In this document: positions 24,787 to 38,053 of the stretch, one piece after another
How the letters are laid out: each line of letters opens with the position of its first letter
Numbering within the stretch: the first letter of the stretch is position 1
Origin: Anaeramoeba ignava BMAN
Lineage: Eukaryota > Protista > Anaeramoebae
DNA: 64,000 nt
Assembly (NCBI GenBank): GCA_028826165.1
Contig: JAPDFW010000069.1
Location: 372,001-436,000, forward strand
Reading direction: 5' to 3'
Position numbers and translations under genes: made by a program
Notes under the pieces: model-generated
What the model was told of the DNA's origin: nothing
Databases searched by the model: none
The model's input: the letters and a program-made list of their open reading frames with translations, nothing else

Positions 24787-26560
24787 ATGAATGAAATTTT
24801 ATTTTTTGGCTCAAATCAAAATCCAAAACTTTTTAAAAATGAACCAGAAATAATAACAAAACCAATTCAATTTAAATTTGAAAATGAAAATGAAAATGAA
24901 AAACAAATTAAACAAATTTCAACAAGTTTTTTTTCAACAATTTTCCTGTTTAAAAATGGAAAAGCAATAGAATATTTAAATGAAAATTATTCAAAACAAA
25001 AATCCTGAAAAAATCCAAATTGAAGAAAATATTCAAAAAGTAACTGTTAGTTCTGGAAATGAAGCTATTTTAACAAAAGAAGGAAATGCATTTGCAAAAG
25101 GATACAATATTAATCCAAAAAATCCAAATGAACTTATCAATATTTCATCATTAATTGAAGATACAAATGATAGAGTAATTCAAGATATTATTTCTGGAAA
25201 CAATTCAATTTACTTATTAACTTCAAATCATAATGCTTATGGAATTGGTTCAAATCAATATTTTCAACTTGGTTTTGATTCTAGAACACTTCCAAAAATA
25301 GAAAAACCAATTTTAATGATGAAAAATGTTTCTAAAATATTTTCAGGAATTGATTCAAAACATGCTTTTCTTTTAAATTCAAATCAAGAATTATTTGGAT
25401 GCGGATATAATGAATATGGTCAAATTGGATTAGGAGAATCAAGAAAACAAGAAATAAAAATCCATAAATTAACCAAAATCCAAAATATTCCAAAAGGCAA
25501 AATAATTGATATTCAAACAGCATGGTTTCATTCAATAATGTTGATTGAAATTGAAAATGAAAATGAAAATCCAAAAAGAAAACTTTATTCATGTGGATAT
25601 TATCCATTTAATGGACTTGGCAAAGATGAAAATACTTATGAATTTACTGAAATCAAATCATCTTTATTTGAAAATGATTATATTCTTGAAATTTGTGTTG
25701 CGTATGATCATAATTCGGTTTTAACATCCAAAGGGAAATTAATAGGATTTGGAGATAATTTTTCAGGTCAATTAGGAACTGGAGATACAAATAATCAATT
25801 AATTCCAATTCAAATTGAACTTCCTAAATTAAGATTTAATGAAGATATTTCTAATTATCATATTTCTTGTGGATATGAAAGATCATTTCTTTATTATTCT
25901 CCTTTTCTTTCTTCTTTTTCCAATCTTGAAGAAGATTTGATAAAATTATTTAGAAGAAAAGAATTTTGCAATATTTCATTTAAAACAGAAAATGGAGAAA
26001 TAATTGAAGCTCATAAATTAATATTGAAATATAGATTAAATCAAAATCAAAATGAAATTGAAAAACTTAAAGAAATTATTTCAAAAAAATCAATTAAAGA
26101 ATCAAATCAAATATTTGAAATGATTTATTCAAATAATTCCAAAATAAATCCAAAATTATATTCTGAAATTAAAGAAATTATAAATTCCAATGAAAAAATT
26201 GAAGAAACAATGAAAAGAATTTATTTAAATGAAAATGAAAAAGATTTTATTATTGAAAGAAAAGAAAAACAATATAAATTTCCTAAATTAATATTAATAA
26301 TGAGAAGTGAATTATATCGAGGAATGTTTTTATCTGTAACTGAAGATAAATCTAATAAAGTTACAGATTATAGTGAATTAAGTAATAAATCATTTCAAAT
26401 ATTTGAATATTGGATTTATTCAAATCAAATTAAAGAAGATATCCAAATTACACAAGAAATTATTGATGAAATTGAAATTGGAATTGATTATTTTCAATTA
26501 AATCAAACAAATCCAAATTTATTTGATTTATTAATTAAGAAATTTAATAATCAAAATTAA
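24787..26560 (+). CDS. RCC1-like beta-propeller + tandem BTB protein, copy 1 (frameshift near 25000)
   Basis: G.N..GQLG RCC1 repeats; BTB motifs FCNISF...EAHKLIL and KDFII...FPKLILIMRSELYRGMF...YWIYSN; extra A in run 24998-25002 relative to paralogues. Confidence 0.85.
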
Positions 26561-26781
26561 AATTAAAATTAAAATTAAAATTAAAATTAAAATTAAAATT
26601 AAAATTAAAATTAAAATTAAAATTAAAATTAAAATTAAAATTAAAATTAAAATTAAAAATTAAAATCAAAATTAAAATTAAAATTAAAATCAAAATTAAA
26701 ATTAAAATTAAAATCAAAATTAAAATCAAAATTAAAATTAAAATTAAAATTAAAATTAAATTTAATATTTTTTTCATGCTT

Positions 26782-29700
26782 TCATTTTAAAATCAAATCT
26801 ATTATGGAATTCTGATTTAATTGATAATAATCTTTTAAATCTTCAAATTCATCTTTGTCGATTTCTTTTTTGTTATCAAATTTATCATGATAAAGGAAAT
26901 AAATTAATTGGTTTATTGTTTGAAATGATTTTCTTGAATAATCATGAACTTGATTAGATGAATCCTCAACACTTAAAAACATTCCTTTAAATAAATCGCT
27001 TCTTATTATCAAAATCAATTTGTGAACCTTAATTTCTTTTTCTTCACAAATGATTGTAAAATCTTTTGATGATTCTTGTTGAAACAATTTCTCAAAATCT
27101 TTTAAAATTCCTTTTCTTCCTTTTTTGTTTTCAATCCATTTTGAATCAAATCCAACTTCTTTAAAGAATTCTTCACATATTGATAGTTTTTCAAACCAAT
27201 TTTCCAATATAACTTTTTCTTGATCAAGATCTAAGTAATTGTAAGAAATTTCCACAAATCCTCTTTTATTTTCGGTAATTTGAATCAATTTATTCTGGAG
27301 TTTGTCAAAATCCAAGAATCCTGTATAAAGAAAATTTAAAGCAATTTCAACATCTTCTTTGGGTTTTTGTTGGCAAATATCGATAAATTTTTGTAAAGTA
27401 AATGCACTATTATCAAATCTTGTTAATAAAATTAATTTATGAGTATGAAATTTGAAAAAGTCTTTTGACCGAATTTGTTGATCTGAAAAATTTTCTGTCG
27501 ATTTAAAAAATTTATTTAAATCTTCATTAATTGAATGGAATTGAAAGAATAATTCAACAAATTTTTTAGAAATGTGAGATTTTTTTAAATCATATATATT
27601 TGCTCCATTTTTCAATAAAAATTTTACAGTTTTCATTTCCCAATTTACATTTTGAATTATTAATGAAAGAGGTGTTTCATTATTATTTGTTTTAGAATTA
27701 ATATCAATTCCTTTTTCAATTAGATATTTGATAATATCAATTGATATATTATTATTTTTGCAAGCATAATGTAAAATTGTTTCATTATTATTTGTTTTAG
27801 AATTAATACCAACACCTTTTTCAATTAGATATTTGATAATATCAATTGATATATTATCATTTCTGCAAGCATAATGCAAAGATGTTTCATTATTATTTGT
27901 TTTAGAATTAATATCAATTCCTTTTTCAATTAGATATTTGATAATATCAATTGATATATTATCATTTTTGCAAGCATAATGTAAAATTGTTTCATTATTA
28001 TTTGTTTTAGCATTAATATCAATTCCTTTTTCAATTAGATATTTAATAATTTCAATTGATATATTATTATTTTTGCAAGCATAATGCAAAGGTGTTTCAT
28101 TATTATTTGTTTTAGAATTAATATCAACACCTTGTTCAATTAGATATTTGATAATATCAATTGATATATTATCATTTTTGCAAGCATAATGCAAAATTGT
28201 TTCATTATTATTTGTTTTAGAATTAATATCAATTCCTTTTTCAATTAGATATTTGATAATATCAATTGATATATTATCATTTTTGCAAGCATAATGTAAA
28301 ATTGTTTCATTTCTGTTTGTTTTAGCATTAATATCAATTCCTTTATCAATTAGATATTTAATAATATCAATTGATAGATTGTTATTTTTGCAAGCATAAT
28401 GTAAAATTGTTTCATTATTATTCTTTGTTTTCTCATTAATATCAGCTCCTTTATCAATTAGATATTTGATAATTTCCAATGTGCTTTTTTGACAGGCAAG
28501 ATGTAAAGGAGTCTCTTTTATGTAGCGAGCTTTGGAATTAATATCAATTCCATTCTCAATTAGATATTTAATAATATCAATTGATATATTATTATTTTGT
28601 AAAGTATAATGTAAGGCTGTTTTGTTGTTAGATGATTTCTCATTAATATCAATTCCTTTTTCAATTAAATATTTGATAATATCAATTGATATATTATTAT
28701 TTCTGCAAGCATAATGCAAAGGTGTTTCATTATTGTTTGTTTTAGAATTAATATCAATTCCTTTTTCAATTAGATATTTAATAACATTAATTGATATATT
28801 TATTATTTCTGGCACAAATAATGCAAAGGTGTTTCATTATTATTTGTTTTAGAATTAATATCAATTCCTTTTTCAATTAGATATTTAATAACATTAATTG
28901 ATATATTTATTATTTCTGGCACAAATAATGCAAAGGTGTTTCATTATTATTTGTTTTAGAATTAATATCAATTCCTTTTTCAATTAGATATTTAATAATA
29001 TCAATTGATATATTTGGATTATGGCACAAATAATGCAAAATTGTTTCATTATTCTTTGTTTTCTCATTAATATCAGCTCCTTTATCAATTAGATATTTGA
29101 TAATTTCCAATGTGCTTTTTTGACAGGCAAGATGTAAAGGAGTCTCTTTTTTATACCTAACTTTGGCATTAATATCAGCTCCATTCTCAATTAAGTATTG
29201 GATAATCTCAAATGAATTTCTCTGACAAGCAAAATGCAAAGCAGTCTCTTTTTTATTTGTTTTCTCATTAATTTCAGCTCCATTTTCAATTAAGTATTTA
29301 ATGACTGGAAACGAGGAATTAGTTTGACAAACAAAATGCAAAGCAGTCTCTTCATTACTTGTTTTCTCATTGATTTCAGCTCCATTTTCAATTAAGTATT
29401 TAATGACTGGAAACGAGGAATTAGTTTGACAAGCAAAATGCAAAGCAGTCTCGTTTTTTTTGGTTTTTAGAGATGCATTAACGCCATTCTCAATTAGATA
29501 TTTAATCGTTTCAAATGATGGATTGTTTTGGCAAGCCAAATGCAAAACAGTTTCATTGTTAATGGTTTTGGAATTAATATCAAATCCTTTTGAAATGAAA
29601 TATTTGAGAACTTGACTAGAATAATTTTGACAAGCAAAGTGCAAAACTGTCGCATATCTAGATGTTTTTGCATTTATATCGGCTCCTTTTTCAATGAGAT

Positions 29701-30772
29701 ATTTAACAACTTCAAATGAATTAAGTTGGGAAGCAATATGCAAACTTGTGGTATTATTTAACTGAGAAAATTGGGATGTGTGAATTTTAGCATTAATATC
29801 AATTCCCATTTCAAGCAAATACCCCAAAACTTCAGGTGAATTCTTTTGGGAAGCAAAATGCAATGGTGTCAGACCATAATTTGTTTTTGTATTCATATCA
29901 GCTCCTATTGAAATCAAATACTTGATATTTTCAAGTGAATTTGCTTTGCAAGCAAAATGTAAAGGGGTTTGATTTTCATTTGTTTTTGCATTGACATCAA
30001 GCCCTTGTTGAAACAAATATTCAAGAACTTCTCGTGAATTATTTTGACATCCATAATGAAAAATCGAGTGATTATCATTTGATTTTGAATTGATATCAAA
30101 TCCCTCAGAAACTAAAAACTTAATAACTTCAAGTGAATTGGATTTGCAAGCAAAATGTAAAGCTGTTTCTTTATAGTTTGTTTTTGCATTAATATCTACT
30201 CCTTTGGAAACTAAAAACTGGATCACTTGAATGGAATTCTTTTTACAGGCATAATGCAAAGGTGTTTTAGTTTGATTATCTTTTTCATGAGCATTAAGCC
30301 CTTTAGAAATCAAAAATTCAATCATTTCAATCGACTGATATTGGCAAGCAAAATGCAAAGCTGTTTGATTATCAATTGTTTTTGCATGAATATCGGCTCC
30401 TTTCTCCTCAAGAAAATGTGTTATTTTGATCGCTTCATTTGGTTTTAAATGAATCATTGCTAAATGAATAACTGTTTTCTTTTTATAATCACATGAATTA
30501 ATTGAAACTCCTTTTGAAATTAATAAATCAATTATTTCAATTTTTGGATTGTTCATGATCGTGCTATGTAATGAATTTCTTGCTGACTTATCAAGTAAAT
30601 TTAGTTTTGCTCCTTTTTCAATTAATTTCTCAATCATTTCTTTTGAAACTTTTTTTTCTATTGCAAAATTTAAAATGGGTTTTTGATCTTTTTCTAAATC
30701 ATTTTCTTCAATTGAATTAATTTCTAACAATAATTCTATTTTATTTTCTTCAATGATATTCCAAATATTCAT
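26782..30772 (-). CDS. Intronless ankyrin-repeat (about 30 repeats) + tandem BTB protein, frame broken at 28800-28915
   Basis: ORFs 30772-28910 and 28815-26782 share the same ETxLHYAC..N.SI.IIKYLI.KG.DIN repeats; C-terminal HKLIL and KDFTI...VHKLIL..RSDLFKGMF BTB pair. Confidence 0.85.
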
Positions 30773-30849
30773 TTTGTTTTTAAAATTGAAAAAAAAAATG
30801 AAAATGAAAAAAAGAAAAAAAATTTTTTTCATTTTTTACTTTTTAAAAA

Positions 30850-32717
30850 ATGAATGATTGTATATTTTTTGGTATAAATCATTATCCAAAACTTTTAAAA
30901 AATGAACCAGAAGAAATAACAAAACCAATTCAATTTAAATTTGAAAATGAAAATGAAAATGAAAATGAAAATGAAAATGAAAATGAAAATGAAAAGCAAA
31001 TTAAACAAATTTCATCAAGTTATTTTTCAATAATTTTCCTTTTTGAAAATGGAAAAGCAATAGAATATTTAAATGAAAATTATTCAAATCAGAATCCTTC
31101 AAAAATCCAAATTGAAGAAAATATTCAAAAAGTAACTGTTGATTATGCAAATGAAGCTATTTTAACAATAGAAGGAAATGTATTTGCTAAAGGAAATAAT
31201 ATTAATCCAAGAAATCCAAAAGAATTTATCAATATTTCATCATTAATTGAAGATACAAATGATAGAGTAATTGAAGATGTTGTTTCTGGTGCTAATTCAA
31301 TTTATTTATTAACTTCAAATCAAAATGCTTATGGAATTGGTGATAATGAATTAGGTCAACTTGGTTTTGATTATGAAACACTTGAAAAACACAAAAACCA
31401 ATTTTAATGATGAAAAATGTTTCTAAAATATTTTCAGGAAATGCTTCAAATCATGTTTTTCTTTTAAATTCAAATCAAGAATTATTTGGATGCGGAAATA
31501 ATAGCCATGACCAACTTGGATTAGGAGAATCAATAAGAAAAGAAAGAAAAATCCCAAAATTAACCAAAATCCAAAATATTCCAAAAGGCAAAATAATTAA
31601 TATTCAATGTGGATCTTATCATTCAATAATGTTGATTGAAAATCAAAATCAAAATCCAAAAAGAAAACTTTATTCATGTGGTTATTCCGGATTCAATGAA
31701 CTTGCCCAAGATGAACATAATTATGAATTTACTGAAATCAAATCATCTTTATTTGAAAATGATAATATTCTTGATTTTTCTGTTGGAAATTCTCATACTT
31801 TGATTTTAACTTCTAATTCAAAATTAATAGGATTTGGAAGTAATTTTTATGGTGAATTAGGAACTGGAGATAAAAAAGAATATCAATCAATTCCAATTCA
31901 AATTGAACTTCCTAAATTAAGATTTAAAGAAGAAATTTCTAATTATCATGTTTCTTGTGGAAATGAAAATTCATTTATTTATTATTCTCCTTTTCTTTCT
32001 TCTTTTTCCAATCTTGAAGAAGATTTGATAAAACTATTTGAAAGAAAAGAATTTTGTAATATTTCATTTAAAACCAAAAATGGAGAAATAATTGAAGCTC
32101 ATAAATTAATATTGAAATATAGATTAAATCAAAATCAAGATGAAAATCAAATTGAAAAACTTGAAGAAATTATTTCAAATAAATCAATTAAAGAATCAAA
32201 TCAAATATTTGAAATGATTTATTCAAACAGAATTATAAATCCAAAATTATATTCAGAAATTAAAGAAATTATAAATTCAAATGAAAAAATTGAAGAAACA
32301 ATGAAAAGAATTTATTTAAATGTAAATGAAAAAGAAAAAGATTTTATAATTGAAAGAGAAGAAAAACAATATAAATTTCCTAAATTAATATTAATAATGA
32401 GAAGTGAATTATATCGAGGAATGTTTTTATCTGTAAAAGAAGATACTTCTAATAAAGTTACAGATTATAGTGAATTAAGTAATAAATCATTTCAAATATT
32501 TGAATATTGGATTTATTCAAATCAAATTAAAGATGAAATTCAAATTACACAAGAAATTATTGATGAAATTAAAATTGGAATTGATTATTTTCAATTAAAT
32601 CAAACAAATCCAAATTTATTTGATTTATTAATTAACAAATTTAATAATCAAAATCCAAATCACAAAAACAAAGAAAAAATTCAAAAAGAAAAAAAAAATA
32701 AATGTTTAATTTTTTAA
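30850..32717 (+). CDS. RCC1-BTB-BTB copy 2 with polybasic + CaaX tail (frameshift near 31387)
   Basis: Near-identical scaffold to copy 1; one A missing in run 31385-31389; ends KEKKNKCLIF*. Confidence 0.85.
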
Positions 32718-32805
32718 AAGAAATTATTGATGAAATTAAAAAAGGAATTGATTATTTTCAATTAAATGAAACATATCCGAATTTATTTGATTTATTAATT
32801 AATAA
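32718..32805 (+). pseudogene. Orphan fragment duplicating the RCC1-BTB 3' end
   Basis: KEIIDEIKKGIDYFQLNETYPNLFDLLIN repeats the last BTB helix directly after the copy 2 stop. Confidence 0.7.
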
Positions 32806-32885
32806 TTCAGAAGCACTAAAATCATCAAAAATAGTTCCAAAATTAAAAAAAATTTTTTTCATTTTTTTCATTTTTTTTCATTAAA

Positions 32886-34662
32886 ATGAATGATTGTTTA
32901 TTTTTTGGTTACAATCTATATCCAATTCTTATAAAAAATGAACCAGAAATAATAATAAAACCAATTCAATTTAAATTTGAAAATGAAAATGAAAATGAAA
33001 ATGAAAAACAAATTAAACAAATTTCATCAGGAGATTTTGGAACAATTTTCCTTTTTGAAAATGGAAAAGCAATAGAATATTTAAATGAAAATGATCCAAA
33101 TCAAAATCCTTCAAAAATCCAAATTTGAAGAAAATATTCAAAAAGTAACTGTTGGTTCTTCTAATGAAGCTATTTTAACAAAAGAAGGAAATGTATTTGC
33201 AAAAGGATATGCTATTAATTCAAAAAATCCAAATGAATTTATCAATATTTCATCATTAATTGAAGATACAAATGATAGAATAATTGAAGATATTATTTCT
33301 GGAGTTGATTCAATTTACTTATTAACTTCAAATCAAAATGTTTATGGAATTGGTTCAAATATATTTGGTCAACTTGGTTTTAGATTATGAAACACTTCCA
33401 AAAACAGAAAAACCAATTTTAATGATGAAAAATGTTTCTAAAATATTTTCAGGAAATACTTCAAATCATGTTTTTCTTTTAAATTCAAATCAAGAATTAT
33501 TTGGATGCGGGAATAATAACTATCTTCAACTTGGATTAGGAGAATCAATAAAAGAACAAATAATTCAAAAATTAACCAAAATCCAAAATATTCCAAAAGG
33601 TAAAATAATTGATATTCAATGTGGAGAATTACATTCAATAATGTTGATTGAAAATGAAAATGAAAATGAAAATTCAAAAAGAAAACTTTATTCATGTGGA
33701 GATTATATTTATAATGGACTTGGAAAAACTGAACATAGTTATGAATTTACTGAAATCAAATCATCTTTATTTGAAAAAGATGATAATATTCTTGATTTTT
33801 CTGTTGCATATGAACATACTTTGATTTTAACTTCCAAAGGCAAGTTAATCGGATTTGGATATTCTGATTTTGGTCAATTAGGAACTGGAGATACAAAATA
33901 TCAATCAATTCCAATTCAAATTGAACTTCCTAAATTAAGATTTAATGAAGAAATTTCTAATTATCATATTTCTTGTGGTGGTAATAAATCATTTCTTTAT
34001 TATTCTCCTCCTTTTTTTCCAATCTTGAAGAAGATTTGATAAAACTATTTAGAAGAAAAGAATTTTGCAATATTTCATTTAAAACCGAAAATGGAGAAAT
34101 AATCGAAGCTCATAAATTAATATTAAAATATAGATTAAATCAAAATGAAAATCAAATTGAAAAACTTCAAGAAATTATTTCAAATAAATCAATTAAAGAA
34201 TCAAATCAAATATTTGAAATGATTTATTCAAACAGAATAATAAATCCAAAATTATATTCTGAAATTAAAGAAATTATAAATTCAAATGAAAAAATTGAAG
34301 AAACAATGAAAAGAATTTATTTAAATGAAAATGAAAAAGATTTTATTATTGAAAGAAAAGAAAAACAATATAAATTTCCAAAATTAATATTAATAATGAG
34401 AAGTGAATTATATCGAGGAATGTTTTTATCTGTAACTAATGATACTTCTAATAAAGTTACAGATTATAGTGAATTAAGTAATAAATCATTTCAAATATTT
34501 GAATATTGGATTTATTCAAATCAAATTAAAAATGAAATTCAAATTACACAAGAAATCATTAATGAAATAGAAATTGGAATTGATTATTTTCAATTAAATC
34601 AAACAAATCCAAATTTATTTGATTTATTAATTAGAAAATTTAATAATCAAAATTATAATTAA
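32886..34662 (+). CDS. RCC1-BTB-BTB copy 3 (frameshifts near 33125, 33381, 34015)
   Basis: Four overlapping ORFs reconstruct a full paralogue colinear with copies 1 and 2. Confidence 0.8.
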
Positions 34663-34689
34663 AATTAAAATTAAAATGAAAACGAAAAC

Positions 34690-35420
34690 AAATCTAAAAT
34701 AAATCTAAAATAAATCCAAATCAAATCCAAATCAAATCCAAATCTAAATCAAATCCAAATCAAATCAAATCCAATCCAAATCAAATCCAAAACAAATCTA
34801 AAACAAATCCAATCCAAATCAAATCAAAATCTAAAATCAAATCAAATCCAAAAATCCAAATCAAATCAAATCAAATTCAAATCAAATCAAATCAAATCAA
34901 ATCAAAATCAAATCAAATTTAAATCAAATCAAATCAAATCAAATCAAATCAAAATCAAAATCAAATCAAAATCTAAATTCAAATCAAATTCAAATTAAAA
35001 ATCAAAATAAATCAAATTAAATCAAATCAAATCAAATTCAAAATCAAAAAATCAAATCAAAATCAAAATCAAAATCAAAATCAAATCAAATCAAATTCAA
35101 ATCAAATCCAAAACAAATCTAAATCAAATCAAATCCAAATCAAATCAAATCCAAATCAAATCAAATCAAATCCAAATCAAAATCAAATCAAATCTAAATC
35201 AAATCAAATCAAATCTAAATCAAATCCAAATCCAAATCAAATCCAAATCCAAATCAAATCCAAATCAAATCAAATCCAAATCAAATCAAATCCAAATCAA
35301 ATCCAAATCAAATCCAAATCAAATCCAAATCAAATCTAAATCAAATCCAAATCCAAATCAAATCCAAATCCAAATCCAAATCAAATCCAAATCAAATCCA
35401 AATCAAATCTAAAACAAATT
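34690..35420. repeat. (AAATC/AAATCC)n microsatellite, about 730 bp
   Basis: Mixed 5- and 6-mers; no G on the + strand. Confidence 0.9.
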
Positions 35421-35525
35421 AAAATTAAAATTAAAAAGATAAAAAAAGCAAAAAAAAGTTTTCATTTTTTTTCTTTCATTTTTTTCTTTTTAATTTACAA
35501 GAATATAAAAAAAAATAATTTAAAA

Positions 35526-37977
35526 ATGGGAAATGTATTTACAGATGTTCAAGTTTCACGGAAAATCACAAAAAAAAATTTAAAACGTTACTATAAAATG
35601 GTTGATAGTTCAATTGAGGCCATTATTTTAGTAAACCAAAAAGGGGAATGTGTTTATGTAAATCAACCTTATTGTCAAATGATGGGAGCAAAATCCAAAG
35701 ATTCAATTATACATACAAATGCAGGTGATTTTTCTCCACCAACACAGAAGCATTTAAATATGGAATCTTTACCAGCAGCAATTTTAATGGTTAAAACAAC
35801 ACTTGAGTGTGTTTCTTGACAAAATATCTTTAAAACTCTTTATTAAATTAAATATAAAATTATTTATAAAATTAAATATAAAATTAAATATAAAATTATT
35901 TATAAAATTATTTATAAAATTATTTATAAAATTATTTATAAAATTATTAATAAAATTATTAATAAAATTAAATATAAAATTATTTATAAAATTATTTATA
36001 AAATTATTTATAAAATTAATTATAAAATTATTTATAAAAAATTTAAAAAAATTATTTATAAAATTAATTAAAATATAAAATTAAATATAAAATTAAATAT
36101 AAAATTATTTATAAAATTAATTATAAAATTATTTATAAAATTATTTATAAAATTAAATATAAAATTATTTATAAAATTATTAATAAAATTAAATATAAAA
36201 TTAAATATAAAATTATTTATAAAATTAATTATAAAATTAATTATAAAATTAAATATAAAATTAATTATAAAATTAATTATAAAATTAATTATAAAATTAG
36301 CAATTTTAATTTTAAAATTAAATATAAAATTATTTATAAAATTATTTATAAAAATCATTAAAATTATTTATAAAATTATTTATAAAATTAAATAAAATTA
36401 AATATAAAATTATTTATAAAATTATTTTAAAATTATTTATAAAATTATTTATAAAATTAAATATAAATTATTTATAAAATTGATTTATAAAATTAAATAT
36501 AAAATTATATAAAATTATTTATAAAATTATTTATATAAAATTAAATATAAAATTAAATATAAATTATATATAAAATTATTTTATAAAATTAATTATAAAA
36601 TTAATTATAAAATTATATATAAAATTATTAATAAAATTATTTATAAAATTATTTATAAAATTTATTATAAAATTATTTATAAAAATTATTAATAAAATTA
36701 AATATAAAATTAAATATAAAATTAATTATAAAATTATTTATAAAATTATTTATAAAATTATTTATAAAATTATATATAAAATTATTTATAAAATTAATTA
36801 TTAAATTATTTATAAAATTAAATATAAAATTAAATATAAAATTATTTATAAAATTATTTATAAAAATTATTTATAAAATTATTTATAAAAATTAAATATA
36901 AAATTATTTATAAAATTATTTATAAAATTATTTATAAAATTAATTATAAAATTAAATATAAAATTAAATATAAAATTATTTATAAAATTATTTATAAAAT
37001 TAAATATAAAATTAAAATTATTTATAAAATTATTTATAAAATTATTTATAAAATTAAATATAAATTATTTATAAAATTGATTATAAAATTGATTATAAAA
37101 TTAAATATAAAATTATTTATAAAATTATTAATAAAATTATTAAATATAAAATTATTTATAAAATTAAATATAAAATTAAATATAAAATTAATTATAAAAT
37201 TAAATATAAAATTATTTATAAAATTATTAATAAAATTATTTATAAAATTATTTATTAAATTATTTATAAAATTATTTATAAAATTATATATAAAATTATA
37301 GATCTAAAACTGGAACACACGATTTTGATTGGTATCATATTGATTGTAATAAGAATGAATTTTTATCCCATGTATGGACATCCTCAATAGATTTAATGGG
37401 AGAATTTGTTGTTCAAGCAATTGTCAGGAAACTTTCATTAATCAATGATCCATATTCAACAAAAAGACCACCTCCAAAACTTCATAATCAAAAAATTGAT
37501 TTTAGTTCAGAAGAATCTCTTTCATCAAAACACAGTTCTGATAATTTACTCCATATTGTGAATATTGAACAACTTGAATTGGAACATCAACATTGTAATA
37601 CAATTGAACAAGCAAAAGATTTAGTTCGTGATTTTGATAATCTTAATTTGGAACAAAAAATAATTCCATTATTGAATCAAGCTCAAGATATTTTCAAAAA
37701 TTATATCAAAATTCAAAACGAACAAATTTTATTCATGATGAAAAATGATCCTTCTAAATTTTCCTTTTCTTCAAATCAATCAAATCAATCAAATAATAAT
37801 CAATCAAATAATAATAATAATAATAATCAATCAAATCAAAAAAAATTGGAAAATATTAATTTCAAACCTTTATTCCAAGATCATCAAAAAGAAACTTCAC
37901 AAAAACTTCAAAAGGAAATGAATCGAATAATGAGAAACGAACAACAATTTGCTCGTGATTCTTCAAATATGATTTAA
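35526..37977 (+). CDS. PAS-domain protein with coiled-coil tail, 2 exons
   Basis: Exon1 35526-35806 (MVDSSIEAIILVNQKGECVYVNQPYCQMMG...FSPPTQ), intron 35807-37301 (GT..AG), exon2 ESKTGTHDFDWYHIDCNKNEFLSHVW...VVQAIVRK completes the PAS/PAC fold in frame with ORF 37396. Confidence 0.8.
35835..37300. repeat. Intronic 12-bp minisatellite (aaattatttata / aaattaaatata variants)
   Basis: Roughly 120 units filling the 1495-nt PAS intron. Confidence 0.9.
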
Positions 37978-38053
37978 TTATTTTAAAATATTTCTTTGTT
38001 AATTTTGAAAATTTTTTTTTTATTATTTTTGAATTAAAAAATTAAAATCAAAA

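Noticed and set aside
34690-35420. Interstitial telomere
   Set aside because: Irregular 5/6-mer mix, not a telomere unit I recognise; similar AAATC runs occur in 3' regions elsewhere.
35803-37301. IKLF/IKLN repeat ORFs
   Set aside because: Translations of the intronic 12-bp minisatellite.
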